The notes under the pieces were generated by a model. It made no database searches. It saw only the letters and a list, made by a program, of their open reading frames with translations, and was not told the origin of the DNA. Both the position numbers and the translations under genes were made by a program. This document shows, in pieces, positions 8,848 to 18,415 of a stretch of DNA of 32,000 bases (positions within the stretch are counted from its first letter, which is position 1; each line of letters begins with the position of its first letter). Source of the stretch: Candidatus Pelagibacter sp. HTCC7211 (GTDB lineage Bacteria; Pseudomonadota; Alphaproteobacteria; Pelagibacterales; Pelagibacteraceae). Location: assembly GCF_000155895.1 (NCBI RefSeq), contig NZ_DS995298.1:1424889-1456888 (forward strand). Direction: 5' to 3'.

Positions 8848-10067
8848 CTGATAAGATCCTTAATTGTGTTTTTGTTTTTTAAATTACTTACGTTAACAGG
8901 TCTTTTGTAATTATAATGATTTAAACCACACAAGATAATTGCATACCAACAAAAATAATATCTATACCAAGGGATAGCCAGAAGATAAATCATACTTATT
9001 AATAAGAGAGTACGATTTGTATTTGAAAAAGATATGGACATAAATAGCACTAAGCAAGAAATTAAAATTCCAAATTCAAAGAAAAGATATAAAAAACCTG
9101 AAGATAATCCTCTACCTAGTTCATCATCAGAATATTTGATAAAATTATTTATTCCATGACCAAATAAAAGTTTGGAAATAGAGGCATCCTTTAAAACTTC
9201 AATAGCAAAGAAATTTCGTTCCATTCGATCTAGAAATGAGGTTTCAGAAAAATGTAAATTGAATGACTCAAAATTTACATTAAACAAATAAGAAACAATT
9301 AAAATTAATAATGATGACATTAATACAGTAAGTACAACATTAATTTGTTTAAATTTTAAATCTAGAATAAGAATAATTATTAAAACCAAATAAAATGTAA
9401 GTGAAAAAGTCAACAAACCAGCTAACAAACTTGTAAGATAATATTTTATTGGAAATAAATTTCTATTCTTTGAGATAATCAATAAATTAAATGCAAAAAA
9501 CATACCTGCATATTGTGGTTCAGTAAAAAAACTACTAACTCTCTCTAATCCAATAAAAGCAAATTGTTTAAAGACTGTAAAACCAAAAATACTAATTTTA
9601 TAATCGTAAGCTGGGTTAAATAAAGACTCAGATGAATTGAAACTTACTAAAGAAGTATTAAAATTTGTGAACTGATTAACAAAAAAAGAAATAATTGCTA
9701 AAATTGAAATTATGAATGAAAAACGTATCCATAATCGAAGAAAAGTTTCATTACTAAAATTATTTGTTCTTAAAACTCTAAATATTGAATAAGCAACAAA
9801 AATTACCGCATATGCAGATAGAACATTATTTAAGCTACTCCTCTGAGAGAAAATCTCCAGAATTAAAATAATCATCAAAAGAATAAAAAAATTAATTTCT
9901 AAAAATTTAAATTTTGTATTCTCAAGATAAAGTAATAATATAATTACTACACCAATCAACCCTCTTATTTCTTTTCCAAAAAATGGAAGTTGAGAGAATA
10001 CAAATGGTGGGCTAATTAATGCTAAAGCAATTAGTAAAATAGAAATAATTTTTATTCGAGTATGCAT
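8844..10067 (-). CDS. Polytopic membrane protein, O-antigen polymerase/ligase-like (Wzy-type)
   Basis: 407 aa. About 10 or more hydrophobic segments with a larger loop in the C-terminal half, and low sequence complexity typical of Wzy. Position between glycosyltransferases supports the call. No diagnostic motif is readable by eye. Confidence 0.5.
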   Translation of the reverse strand: MHTRIKIISILLIALALISPPFVFSQLPFFGKEIRGLIGVVIILLLYLENTKFKFLEINFFILLMIILILEIFSQRSSLNNVLSAYAVIFVAYSIFRVLRTNNFSNETFLRLWIRFSFIISILAIISFFVNQFTNFNTSLVSFNSSESLFNPAYDYKISIFGFTVFKQFAFIGLERVSSFFTEPQYAGMFFAFNLLIISKNRNLFPIKYYLTSLLAGLLTFSLTFYLVLIIILILDLKFKQINVVLTVLMSSLLILIVSYLFNVNFESFNLHFSETSFLDRMERNFFAIEVLKDASISKLLFGHGINNFIKYSDDELGRGLSSGFLYLFFEFGILISCLVLFMSISFSNTNRTLLLISMIYLLAIPWYRYYFCWYAIILCGLNHYNYKRPVNVSNLKNKNTIKDLIS

Positions 10068-10109
10068 TTATTCAACAAAGATTTATTATATATAATTTTT
10101 TAAATTGAA

Positions 10110-11000
10110 TCATCTATTGGAACTAATCATTATATGAGTAATCATAATTAATGATTTCAATCTCAATTTAAAAGAACTATATCTTAATACAAATACTAAA
10201 TCTTTTTTTGCTTGTTTATAGTTAAAATTTAAATAATTAAATCGACCTGATATATACTTAATATTTGCTTCTAATTTTTTTTTTTGCTTATTATTTAAAA
10301 TACACAAAAAGTCTTGTGTTGCTTTTTGAGTTGGCATAGACATATTTCTTCGAGATACTCCTTCGTGATGTATATAATAATATCCAAGTTTTTTGGGAAT
10401 GTATAAAAATTGGTCGGTAAATTTTGAAATTTTTAACCAAGTGTTATAATCCTCAGCTGCAATTAAATCTTTATTTTCCTCAATTAAACCAATTTTTGTA
10501 AGTACTTTTTTTCTAACAATCACAGAGGAATTACTGATCACATTACCATTTACTAATAAATCTATTAATATTGGTTTTTTTAATTGACGAGATTTATTTA
10601 TTTTGCCTTTAAAAAATATTTGTCTATCAGACGTAACTTCCAAATCATGATAAATTAAATCTATTTGATTATTAATATTCTCTATGCAGGTTTTAAGTTT
10701 ATCACTTGTCCAAGAATCATCAGAGTCCAAAAAAGCTACCCAATCCCCTTTTGCTGATTTAATACCTATATTCCTAGATTTAGCAATTACTCCATAATTT
10801 TGGATTTTTAAGTACTTGATTCTATGATCATTGAATCTAGCAATTACCTTACCTGTATCATCTGTTGAATGATTATCGATTACGATTGCTTCCCAATTTG
10901 TGTATGTTTGATGAAGAACTGATTGTAATGCCTTGTTGAGATAATCCGCATGATTAAAAGTTGGAATTATAATGGATACAAGTGGTTTAAATTTATACAT
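10110..11000 (-). CDS. Family 2 glycosyltransferase
   Basis: 296 aa. VSIIIPTFNHADYLNKALQSVLHQTYTNWEAIVIDNHSTDDT and FLDSDD motifs. Confidence 0.85.
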   Translation of the reverse strand: MYKFKPLVSIIIPTFNHADYLNKALQSVLHQTYTNWEAIVIDNHSTDDTGKVIARFNDHRIKYLKIQNYGVIAKSRNIGIKSAKGDWVAFLDSDDSWTSDKLKTCIENINNQIDLIYHDLEVTSDRQIFFKGKINKSRQLKKPILIDLLVNGNVISNSSVIVRKKVLTKIGLIEENKDLIAAEDYNTWLKISKFTDQFLYIPKKLGYYYIHHEGVSRRNMSMPTQKATQDFLCILNNKQKKKLEANIKYISGRFNYLNFNYKQAKKDLVFVLRYSSFKLRLKSLIMITHIMISSNR

Positions 11001-11031
11001 TAATTTAATAGTATTAGTATTTTATAGAAAT

Positions 11032-11943
11032 TTATTTCATAATAAGTTTATATTTTTTAATTATTTTATTTATATTTTTCAAAATTTGATCAATTTCAAA
11101 ATAAATTTTTTTATTATCTGGAGAAAATTTTAAATTTTGATTGCTATGTATTAAAATTTTCTTTTTTTGTCTAGATTTTTTTATTATTGTGTCAATATTT
11201 AAATTAAATATAAATTTACATCTTTTCTGAATTAATTTTGCTGTATCTCTAAGATTTAAATTTTTATATGAAATATTTATAATTGAATTCTTGAAAAATT
11301 TTTTGGTTATTATAAAGTTTAGTACTTGCATAAATATTTTTGATGGAACAAATGTCCTCTGTACAGAACCATTATTAATTATAATCTTATTTTTTTTTAA
11401 AGCCGAAACACATAAACTATGAATTATGTTATTATTAATTTCTCTTAAATTTTCATACTTTTTAAATCCAAAAACATTACCAATCCTTAAAATTGTAAAC
11501 ATATTTTTATGATTTAAAAATTTTTTAATAATAATTCTTTCAGATTCATAGTGCGCTTTTGAATAAGAATTTTTAAGATTAATTTTAGAATTTAAAGAAA
11601 TATTATTTTTTCCGTAATCTTTATAAACTTGCATAGAAGATATATAAATTAATTTGATATTATTTATTAAACATAGATCACAGATATTTGAAGTGATTTG
11701 ATTTTTTTTTTTTATTAAATTGATATTTTTTAATAATTGATTTTGATTAGGCCCTATAAGATGAACAATATATTCAAATTTTTTGAATATTTTTAAATTT
11801 TTTTTAGTAAATTTATAATTAAAAAAATTTTTAGCATTCTTTTTTCTAGAAAAAAAAAAATATTTATTTTTTTTAAAACTATTTTGATTTTTTATTAACG
11901 ATGCTAGATAACCAGTGCCACCAAAGACAGCTATTTTTGCCAT
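11032..11943 (-). CDS. Divergent SDR-like NAD(P)-binding protein, candidate NDP-4-keto-sugar reductase of the adjacent CDP-hexose pathway
   Basis: 303 aa. N-terminal IAVFGGTGYLAS Rossmann motif. The expected YxxxK region reads NSYSKAHYESE, which is atypical spacing. The ATG overlaps the rfbF stop by 1 nt (11943). The protein is extremely Lys/Asn/Ile-rich. Confidence 0.5.
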   Translation of the reverse strand: MAKIAVFGGTGYLASLIKNQNSFKKNKYFFFSRKKNAKNFFNYKFTKKNLKIFKKFEYIVHLIGPNQNQLLKNINLIKKKNQITSNICDLCLINNIKLIYISSMQVYKDYGKNNISLNSKINLKNSYSKAHYESERIIIKKFLNHKNMFTILRIGNVFGFKKYENLREINNNIIHSLCVSALKKNKIIINNGSVQRTFVPSKIFMQVLNFIITKKFFKNSIINISYKNLNLRDTAKLIQKRCKFIFNLNIDTIIKKSRQKKKILIHSNQNLKFSPDNKKIYFEIDQILKNINKIIKKYKLIMK

Positions 11944-12638
11944 TATTTAAGCCATGGAGATTTTTTATTTCTTATCATCTTATCTAATACTTTTTTATCC
12001 CTTAAAGTATCCATACAAAACCAAAAACCTTTATGTTTATAAGCAGCTAAATTTTTTGAAATTACTGCTTTTGTTAAAGGAGATCTTTCAAGCATTTCAT
12101 TTTTTTTTCCTATAAATTTTAAAAATTCAGGTTCGACCACAAAAAAACCTCCATTAATCCAACCTTTTTGTAATTGAGGTTTTTCCTCAAATTTTGTCAC
12201 TACTCGACCAGATATAGTCAACTCACCAAACCTTGCAGGTGGATGAACAGCGGTTAAAGTAATTTTTTTTTTACTTTTTTTATGAAAATATAATAATTTT
12301 TTTAAATTAACATTTGATAAACCATCACCATAAGTTAGCATAAATGTTCTTTTTAACTTATCCTCAAGTTTTTTTAGTCTAGTTCCTGTTAAAGTTTCAA
12401 CGCCTGTGTTTATAACTTCTATTTTTGCAGATATTTTTTTGTTTCTAAAATAATTATTTATGATTGAATGTTTATATCCGCTAGCTATTATAAAATCATT
12501 AAAACCAAATTTCATATAATATTTAATTATATGATCTAAAATAGGTTTAGATCCAACTGGCACCATTGGTTTTGGTATTGATCTTGTAAATTCTGCTAAT
12601 CTTGTTCCTTTTCCACCAGCTAATATTACAACTTTCAT
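11943..12638 (-). CDS. rfbF: Glucose-1-phosphate cytidylyltransferase
   Basis: MKVVILAGGKGTRLAEFTRSIPKPMVPVGSKPILDHII..., typical RfbF. The track start at 12656 is a TTG. The ATG at 12638 forms an ATGA overlap with the upstream stop (12635..12638) and is preferred. Confidence 0.9.
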   Translation of the reverse strand: MKVVILAGGKGTRLAEFTRSIPKPMVPVGSKPILDHIIKYYMKFGFNDFIIASGYKHSIINNYFRNKKISAKIEVINTGVETLTGTRLKKLEDKLKRTFMLTYGDGLSNVNLKKLLYFHKKSKKKITLTAVHPPARFGELTISGRVVTKFEEKPQLQKGWINGGFFVVEPEFLKFIGKKNEMLERSPLTKAVISKNLAAYKHKGFWFCMDTLRDKKVLDKMIRNKKSPWLK

Positions 12639-13084
12639 CCTAGTTTTATATTCCAATTATAATTAAAATATGGATCATCAAAAGGTTTCCTGGACATTTC
12701 TTCAGCTTCATGAGGTATATCTGAGCAATTAGCAATTATTGAAAACTTATTTTCCACTGATTTAAAACCATTCCAAACTCTTGCGGGCACAGTTACTAAA
12801 CTGTAATTTTCTGTTGTCAGAAAAATTTCTTGTAATTCACCTTTGGTAGAACTTTCAGGTCTATCATCAAACAATACTAATTTTATTTTACCTATAACGC
12901 AGACATAATTAACGGTCATTCTTTTATGTAAATGCCAAGCTTTTACTGTATTTGGATGAGAATATGAAAAATATATTTCACCAAACTTAGTAAAATTTGG
13001 ATCATCATTTCTCATCATGTGCATGATTTTTCCTCTTTCATCAATAATTTGTTTTTTAGGGATAATTTTGACACCTTCAATCAT
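12635..13084 (-). CDS. RmlC-like cupin, NDP-4-keto-6-deoxyhexose 3,5- (or 3- or 5-) epimerase-like
   Basis: 149 aa. The VKAWHLHKRMTVNYVCVIGKIKLVLFDDR region resembles the RmlC His/Lys core. It lies between rfbG and rfbF with overlapping stop and start codons. Confidence 0.7.
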   Translation of the reverse strand: MIEGVKIIPKKQIIDERGKIMHMMRNDDPNFTKFGEIYFSYSHPNTVKAWHLHKRMTVNYVCVIGKIKLVLFDDRPESSTKGELQEIFLTTENYSLVTVPARVWNGFKSVENKFSIIANCSDIPHEAEEMSRKPFDDPYFNYNWNIKLG

Positions 13085-14132
13085 AGAAAAAACTTGTAAA
13101 TTGTTTTTTGCTTAACTTATCAATATTCTTTTTATCATATATATAACATTGGTACCAATGCGCTGTCATTTTAAGAGTTTTGATAAAAGAGAGTTTTGGC
13201 TTCCACTTGAGATATTTTTTTGATTTATTTATTTTTAAACTTAATAATCCAGTTTCTTCTAAATTCATATCTTTTTTTACAAAAATTCTCTTTTTTACTC
13301 CCATAATTTCTACTAATCTCAAAACTACTTCTTTTACTGTTACGTTGCCTTTGGCTGGCCCAAAATTCCAAGACCCATTGTAATTACTTCTTCCATATAT
13401 CTTCTTACTTAAAATCAAATAACCATTTAAGAGATCAAAAATATGTTGCCATGGTCGAGTAGCCTTAGGACTTCTTAAAGTAAATTTTTGATTATGAATA
13501 ATAGATTTAATGAAATCAGGAATAATTCTATCTTTTGACCAATCACCGCCCCCTATAACATTCCCAGCTCTCACAGATACAAGACCTAATTTTTTTTTTT
13601 TCTGAAAGAAAGATTCTTTATATGAGTAAAATATATTTTCAGCAGCAGCTTTTGAAGCACTATAAGGATCTTTGCCTCCCAATTCATCATTTTCTGAATA
13701 ACCAGATCTTTTTTCATAATTTTTATAACATTTGTCTGATGTAATTATTACTGCTGATTTTATACTTTTAGTATTTTTTATAGCTTCTAAAATATTTAGA
13801 GTTCCAATTATATTTGTAGTAAATGTAAATTTTGAATCTAAATAAGAATCTTTTACTAAAGGTTGTGCTGCTAAATGAAAAATAATATCAGGTTTAAATT
13901 TTTTAATTTTTTTAGATAAATTTTTTTCATCTCTAACATCACCAAAAATATTTTCGATTTTATTTTCTAATTTTAACAAATAAAAATTATCAAATTTATA
14001 TTTTGGTTTTAAGCTATACCCTGCTATTTTTGCTCCGCTTAAATATAAAATATATGTCAACCATGAACCTTTGAAACCCGTATGACCTGTAATGAAAATT
14101 TTTTTTCCTCTAAAAAATTTTAAATCTAGCAT
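13077..14132 (-). CDS. rfbG: CDP-glucose 4,6-dehydratase
   Basis: 351 aa. FRGKKIFITGHTGFKGSWLTYIL signature and catalytic YSASK. Confidence 0.9.
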   Translation of the reverse strand: MLDLKFFRGKKIFITGHTGFKGSWLTYILYLSGAKIAGYSLKPKYKFDNFYLLKLENKIENIFGDVRDEKNLSKKIKKFKPDIIFHLAAQPLVKDSYLDSKFTFTTNIIGTLNILEAIKNTKSIKSAVIITSDKCYKNYEKRSGYSENDELGGKDPYSASKAAAENIFYSYKESFFQKKKKLGLVSVRAGNVIGGGDWSKDRIIPDFIKSIIHNQKFTLRSPKATRPWQHIFDLLNGYLILSKKIYGRSNYNGSWNFGPAKGNVTVKEVVLRLVEIMGVKKRIFVKKDMNLEETGLLSLKINKSKKYLKWKPKLSFIKTLKMTAHWYQCYIYDKKNIDKLSKKQFTSFFYD

Positions 14133-15410
14133 TTAGTTAATAGAATATGACATGCTGTTAAAATTGGATCTTAAATATTTTTTATAATTATTTTTATCAA
14201 CAACATGAAATATAGGTAGATGAAATATCAGTTTACCTCCTTTTTTAATATAGTTCATTTCCTGTTTAATAACTTCTGATCTAAAAGACCAAATCAAAAC
14301 TAAAAGATATTTAGGGTTTCGTTTCCTCATTATTTCCTTTGAAACTATTTTAATATTAGTACCTGGAGTATACCTATTATACTTAAATGGATTAGTGTCA
14401 CATATTAATGGAATATCTTTATTTGTAATTCCCAAATGATTTAAGACGATATTTCCTTTAGTTGAAGCGCCATATCCCATTATATCTTTTGCAGAAATGT
14501 TTTTTAAAAATTCTAAAACTGTTTTCTTTACATTATCCACTCTGTCTTGAAAAAGGTTAAAGATGTTTTTTGAAATTTTAGACTCTTCTTCAAAAATTTT
14601 TTGCACAATTGGCTTTGGTTTTATTTTAGAGACTCTTTTTGCGCAAACAACTTCTATACTTCCACCATTAATTTCATTAAAACTTAGGTCAATAACTTTC
14701 ATTTGATTATTTTCTAAAATTTTATCAAATGTGGTTAGTGAGTAATAAGTAACATGCTCATGGCATATTTGATCATAAGTTAGATTTTTGAATAAAAGTG
14801 GTAAATATGAAAACTCAACTATCCAAATACCATCTTTATTTAAAAGTTCACTAATATCTTTACAAAAACTATTGGGATCTTCAATGTCATAAAACATTGC
14901 AAATGAGGTGATAATATTAAATTTTTTTCTTATTTGATCTTTTGTCATATTTCCTAATAATTTTTTTTTTGAAAAATAATCTGTAATAACTGAGATATTT
15001 TTTTTATAATTATCTAAAAATTTCTTTGATGATGGGTCCATACCAAAAAGCTCTACCCTTCTCAAACTAGACATAAAATTTAAAAAAGTTCCATCGTTTG
15101 ACCCTATATCTAAGATTTGACCTTCAAGTAATTTTTTATAACTTTTTTTTATAGAATAAAATTTTTTTCTCATATGATTTACCATCAAAGGACTCAGAGA
15201 AGTATTATAACCATAAGTTAATCCATACATATCATCTAAAGGTGGTAATGAACTAAATTGAACCAATCCACACTTGGGGCAAGTATATAAGTCTAAAGAA
15301 TAATTTTTAAGCTTGTATTTAGGTTTATCATGAAAAACGCTACTGATTGGTTGTTTGCCAATTTTAAATACTTTTTTTAAATTTGGATTTTTACAATTTT
15401 TACACTTCAT
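14133..15410 (-). CDS. NDP-hexose C-methyltransferase (TylC3-like; zinc-ribbon N-terminus, class I SAM domain and C-methyltransferase C-terminal domain)
   Basis: 425 aa. CKNC...CPKCGLVQ Cys pairs at the N-terminus, ILDIGSNDGTF SAM motif, and the long C-terminal domain typical of sugar C-3 or C-5 methyltransferases. Confidence 0.75.
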   Translation of the reverse strand: MKCKNCKNPNLKKVFKIGKQPISSVFHDKPKYKLKNYSLDLYTCPKCGLVQFSSLPPLDDMYGLTYGYNTSLSPLMVNHMRKKFYSIKKSYKKLLEGQILDIGSNDGTFLNFMSSLRRVELFGMDPSSKKFLDNYKKNISVITDYFSKKKLLGNMTKDQIRKKFNIITSFAMFYDIEDPNSFCKDISELLNKDGIWIVEFSYLPLLFKNLTYDQICHEHVTYYSLTTFDKILENNQMKVIDLSFNEINGGSIEVVCAKRVSKIKPKPIVQKIFEEESKISKNIFNLFQDRVDNVKKTVLEFLKNISAKDIMGYGASTKGNIVLNHLGITNKDIPLICDTNPFKYNRYTPGTNIKIVSKEIMRKRNPKYLLVLIWSFRSEVIKQEMNYIKKGGKLIFHLPIFHVVDKNNYKKYLRSNFNSMSYSIN

Positions 15411-15418
15411 TACTGTGC

Positions 15419-16564
15419 TTATAATTTAAATTCTCTTAGTTTGCTATTAATAAAGCTTATCTCTTTATTTTTTAAATGAGGATGCAAAGGCAAAGTAACT
15501 AATTCTTTCCAAACTTTAAGAGCGATTGGTATTTTAGATTTAAACTTTTTATACAATGGATGCAAAGGTAATGGCATCAAATGAACACTAGTTGAGATAT
15601 TATGTTTTTTTAGATAAGAAATTAATTTGTCTCTATTTTTTGATCTTATTGAAAACATCCAGTATGATGATTTATTTAGATCATAGGGAAATGTTGGAAT
15701 TAAATTTTTACATTTTTTTAAATTTTTTAAATATTTTTTTAAAAACTTTATTCTTGAATTATTAAGAAATGATAATTTTTTTAATTGTACTCTACCAATA
15801 GAAGCTTCAAGATCATTCATATTGTATTTAAAACCAAGTTGATTTATTTCGTAATACCAATGAAGATTTTGTTTGTTTTTTTTTTTATTATTTGAAAATC
15901 TTTGCTTATGTCTTAATAAAGGGTCTTTATCCCATCCATGAAAACTTAATGATTTTAATTTTTTTGCAATATGAGTATTATTTGTAACGATCATTCCACC
16001 ATCACCCGTTGTCATCATTTTTTTTTCCTCAAAACTAAAGCAACCAAAGTGACCCCAAGTACCAATTTTTTTTCCTTTATAGTAGCCTCCACAAGTTTCG
16101 GCACAATCTTCTATTACAATTAATTTTTTTTGATTAGCAAATTTCATAATCCTATCCATTTCACAGGGATGTCCCCCAAAATGAACTGGCATGATAGCTA
16201 CACAATCTTTAGTAAATTTTTTTTTCAAATCATCTAGGCTCATATTTAAATCATTTTTGTTTATGTCCACAAAAACTGGGATTAAACCACAATATAAAAC
16301 TACTGCTGCAGTTGCGCTAAAAGTTATCGCTGGAACTAAAACTTTTTTTCCTTTTTTAAAATTGTTGCATAAAAGAGCAAGGTGCAAAGCTGCTGTACAT
16401 GAATTTACTGCTATACTGTGTTTAACCCCAAAATGTTTATTCCATTCTGCTTCAAATTTTTGTACTTCGGTTCCATAACCTATCCATGATCTTTTAAAAA
16501 CTTTTTTTACTGAATTTAGTTCTTTAGAACCTAACGAAGGTTGAAACAGCCTAATATTATTCAT
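15419..16564 (-). CDS. DegT/DnrJ/EryC1/StrS-family PLP-dependent NDP-sugar aminotransferase
   Basis: 381 aa. The N-terminus (LFQPSLGSKELNSVKKVF...) and the PLP-lysine region FSFEEKKMMTTGDGGMIV are typical of the family. Confidence 0.85.
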   Translation of the reverse strand: MNNIRLFQPSLGSKELNSVKKVFKRSWIGYGTEVQKFEAEWNKHFGVKHSIAVNSCTAALHLALLCNNFKKGKKVLVPAITFSATAAVVLYCGLIPVFVDINKNDLNMSLDDLKKKFTKDCVAIMPVHFGGHPCEMDRIMKFANQKKLIVIEDCAETCGGYYKGKKIGTWGHFGCFSFEEKKMMTTGDGGMIVTNNTHIAKKLKSLSFHGWDKDPLLRHKQRFSNNKKKNKQNLHWYYEINQLGFKYNMNDLEASIGRVQLKKLSFLNNSRIKFLKKYLKNLKKCKNLIPTFPYDLNKSSYWMFSIRSKNRDKLISYLKKHNISTSVHLMPLPLHPLYKKFKSKIPIALKVWKELVTLPLHPHLKNKEISFINSKLREFKL

Positions 16565-16567
16565 AAC

Positions 16568-17353
16568 TTATTTTTTCTTAAATATATAAGTTTGTATCTG
16601 AGAAAAATCTTTAGTGTGTTGATTTTCTGACATTGAATTTGCAATTTTTTCTAATGGATGATCATAATTTGTTTTTTCTTTCAAAAATTCTTTTGCATAT
16701 CGCGCGTATACTAATCTTGTAATATAATAGAAATCGCTTGCAAATGGAGAAATTTCAACAAGTTTTATACTTTTAAATTCATGATTTCTTAATCTTTCAT
16801 CATCAAAAAAAAGATTATGAAACGGAGGAATTATTTCATGAAGATCGTATTTTTTTCTTGCTAAATTAAGTCTTTTTTGGGCATCAGCAGAACTTTCAAC
16901 TAATACCATTAATCCGTCATCTTTTAAAAAACTACCTAAATTTTCTATTGTTTGAATTTGTAGATCTTGCTCTAAAACATTTTGTATAGCCCTTTTTGAA
17001 ATTATGAAATCATATTTTTTTTCAAAAGAGGAGCTAGTAATGTCAGTCATATCCTGTTGAATAAAATTATGTTTATCTGAATTAGATTTTTTAGAACAAA
17101 CATCAATTAAGTCTTTTACAAAATCAGTTCCAAGATAATCAAAGCTTTTTAGCTTTTGAGCAATTTTAGAATACAATACTCCATTCCCACATCCAATTTC
17201 TAAAATACTTTTATTATCTTCTATTCTTTTTAAAATTTCGCTGTCTTCAACATCGTCAAAAGCTATATCATTAGTGCAAACTTGTCTTTCTTTATTTTTT
17301 TTTAACCTTTCAACCCAGAAATCGTGGTTTTCTTTTTTTAATTTATATTCCAT
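16568..17353 (-). CDS. Class I SAM-dependent methyltransferase
   Basis: ILEIGCGNGVLY motif I and an acidic motif II (LGTDF). The track start at 17374 is a TTG. The ATG at 17353 (MEYKLKK...) lies 1 nt after the upstream stop and is preferred. Confidence 0.7.
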   Translation of the reverse strand: MEYKLKKENHDFWVERLKKNKERQVCTNDIAFDDVEDSEILKRIEDNKSILEIGCGNGVLYSKIAQKLKSFDYLGTDFVKDLIDVCSKKSNSDKHNFIQQDMTDITSSSFEKKYDFIISKRAIQNVLEQDLQIQTIENLGSFLKDDGLMVLVESSADAQKRLNLARKKYDLHEIIPPFHNLFFDDERLRNHEFKSIKLVEISPFASDFYYITRLVYARYAKEFLKEKTNYDHPLEKIANSMSENQHTKDFSQIQTYIFKKK

Positions 17354-17354
17354 A

Positions 17355-18383
17355 TTATAGCTTAATCCTTTCAAACATATTTAAAGTCTTTTTATATATA
17401 AAGTATAAAGGTGAGAAATATACAGCAGGATAAACTAAATTGTAAACAAAATGTTTTTTAAAATTAAAATATTTTTTTATTCTATGATCATTTACTAAAA
17501 AAAGTTTTAGCATTTCTACCGCAAAGTTTCTTAGCGCATAGTTTTTACAATAAAAATATCTCCAAAAACCCATTCCTCTTGATCTATAATAATCTAATAT
17601 TTCAGGCACCCTCACTATTACGACAAAACCGTAAAGTTTTGTCCATTCTCTTACTCCTTGTAAACAAACACATAATGGCTCACCATGAATAATTGCCTTT
17701 GAGTTTTTAAAAGCGTTAGCAAATATCATAGTATTAAAAAAGGTATTATCCTCATTTGACATCCAATTTTTATCCATAATATTTTTATGATTTAAACATG
17801 ATAAATTTTCTACCCAGCCTTTTCTTCTAAACATGTTTAAAAACATTCCTAACAAAAAATCAAAAGAAACATTGGGGTTGATTACTTCCCAAAAACTAAC
17901 TTTTCTATTTTTTTTTTGAATTGAAAATGTTTTAAGTTTATTTGGGATCTTATAAGTTGAAAAGGGATGTTTAAAATTATTTAAAAAACTTTTATTCAAT
18001 AAATAAGCATTCATATAAAAATAATCCACATCTTTATGTTTATTAAGTAGATTTTTTATTTTTTTTAAACTTTTTGGCAAAAGTAGATCATCATTTCCAA
18101 TCGTCCAAACAAATTCTCCACTTGCCATACTCACAGATTTTAAAAAATTACGTGTTATTCCAAGATTACGATTAAATTTATTAAATTTAATGTTTATTTT
18201 TTTTTTGTATTTTTTAATAATTGAATTTATATCATGCTTAGAACCATTATCTGAGACACAGACTTCAAAATTAAATCCTTTGCAATTTTTTTTACTAATA
18301 AATATGGCTTCAAGACAATTTTCCAAATATTGTGGACGATTATAAGTGGGTATACAAATACTTAATTTTAATTTTTTTTTCAC
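17355..18383 (-). CDS. Family 2 glycosyltransferase-like protein
   Basis: 342 aa. LSICIPTYNRPQYLENCLEAI ... VCVSDNGS and GNDDLLL motifs. It appears to start at GVG-class codon GTG (18383..18381). Confidence 0.7.
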   Translation of the reverse strand: MKKKLKLSICIPTYNRPQYLENCLEAIFISKKNCKGFNFEVCVSDNGSKHDINSIIKKYKKKINIKFNKFNRNLGITRNFLKSVSMASGEFVWTIGNDDLLLPKSLKKIKNLLNKHKDVDYFYMNAYLLNKSFLNNFKHPFSTYKIPNKLKTFSIQKKNRKVSFWEVINPNVSFDFLLGMFLNMFRRKGWVENLSCLNHKNIMDKNWMSNEDNTFFNTMIFANAFKNSKAIIHGEPLCVCLQGVREWTKLYGFVVIVRVPEILDYYRSRGMGFWRYFYCKNYALRNFAVEMLKLFLVNDHRIKKYFNFKKHFVYNLVYPAVYFSPLYFIYKKTLNMFERIKL

Positions 18384-18415
18384 TATGATTAAATTGTGTT
18401 ATTATAGTATTAAGT

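Noticed and set aside
10068-10109. TATAAT-like hexamer (minus strand, within TTCAATTTAAAAAATTATATATAATAAATC) in the 42-bp gap upstream of the Wzy-like gene, as an internal promoter.
   Set aside because: TATAAT-like strings arise by chance everywhere at this AT content, and the only -35-like element is spaced about 13 nt away, which is too short. This is not enough evidence to call a promoter.
4745-17374. Upstream alternative starts used by the ORF track: TTG at 4751, TTG at 12656 and TTG at 17374.
   Set aside because: In each case an in-frame ATG a few codons downstream (4745, 12638, 17353) gives a canonical N-terminus and a cleaner junction with the upstream stop codon.
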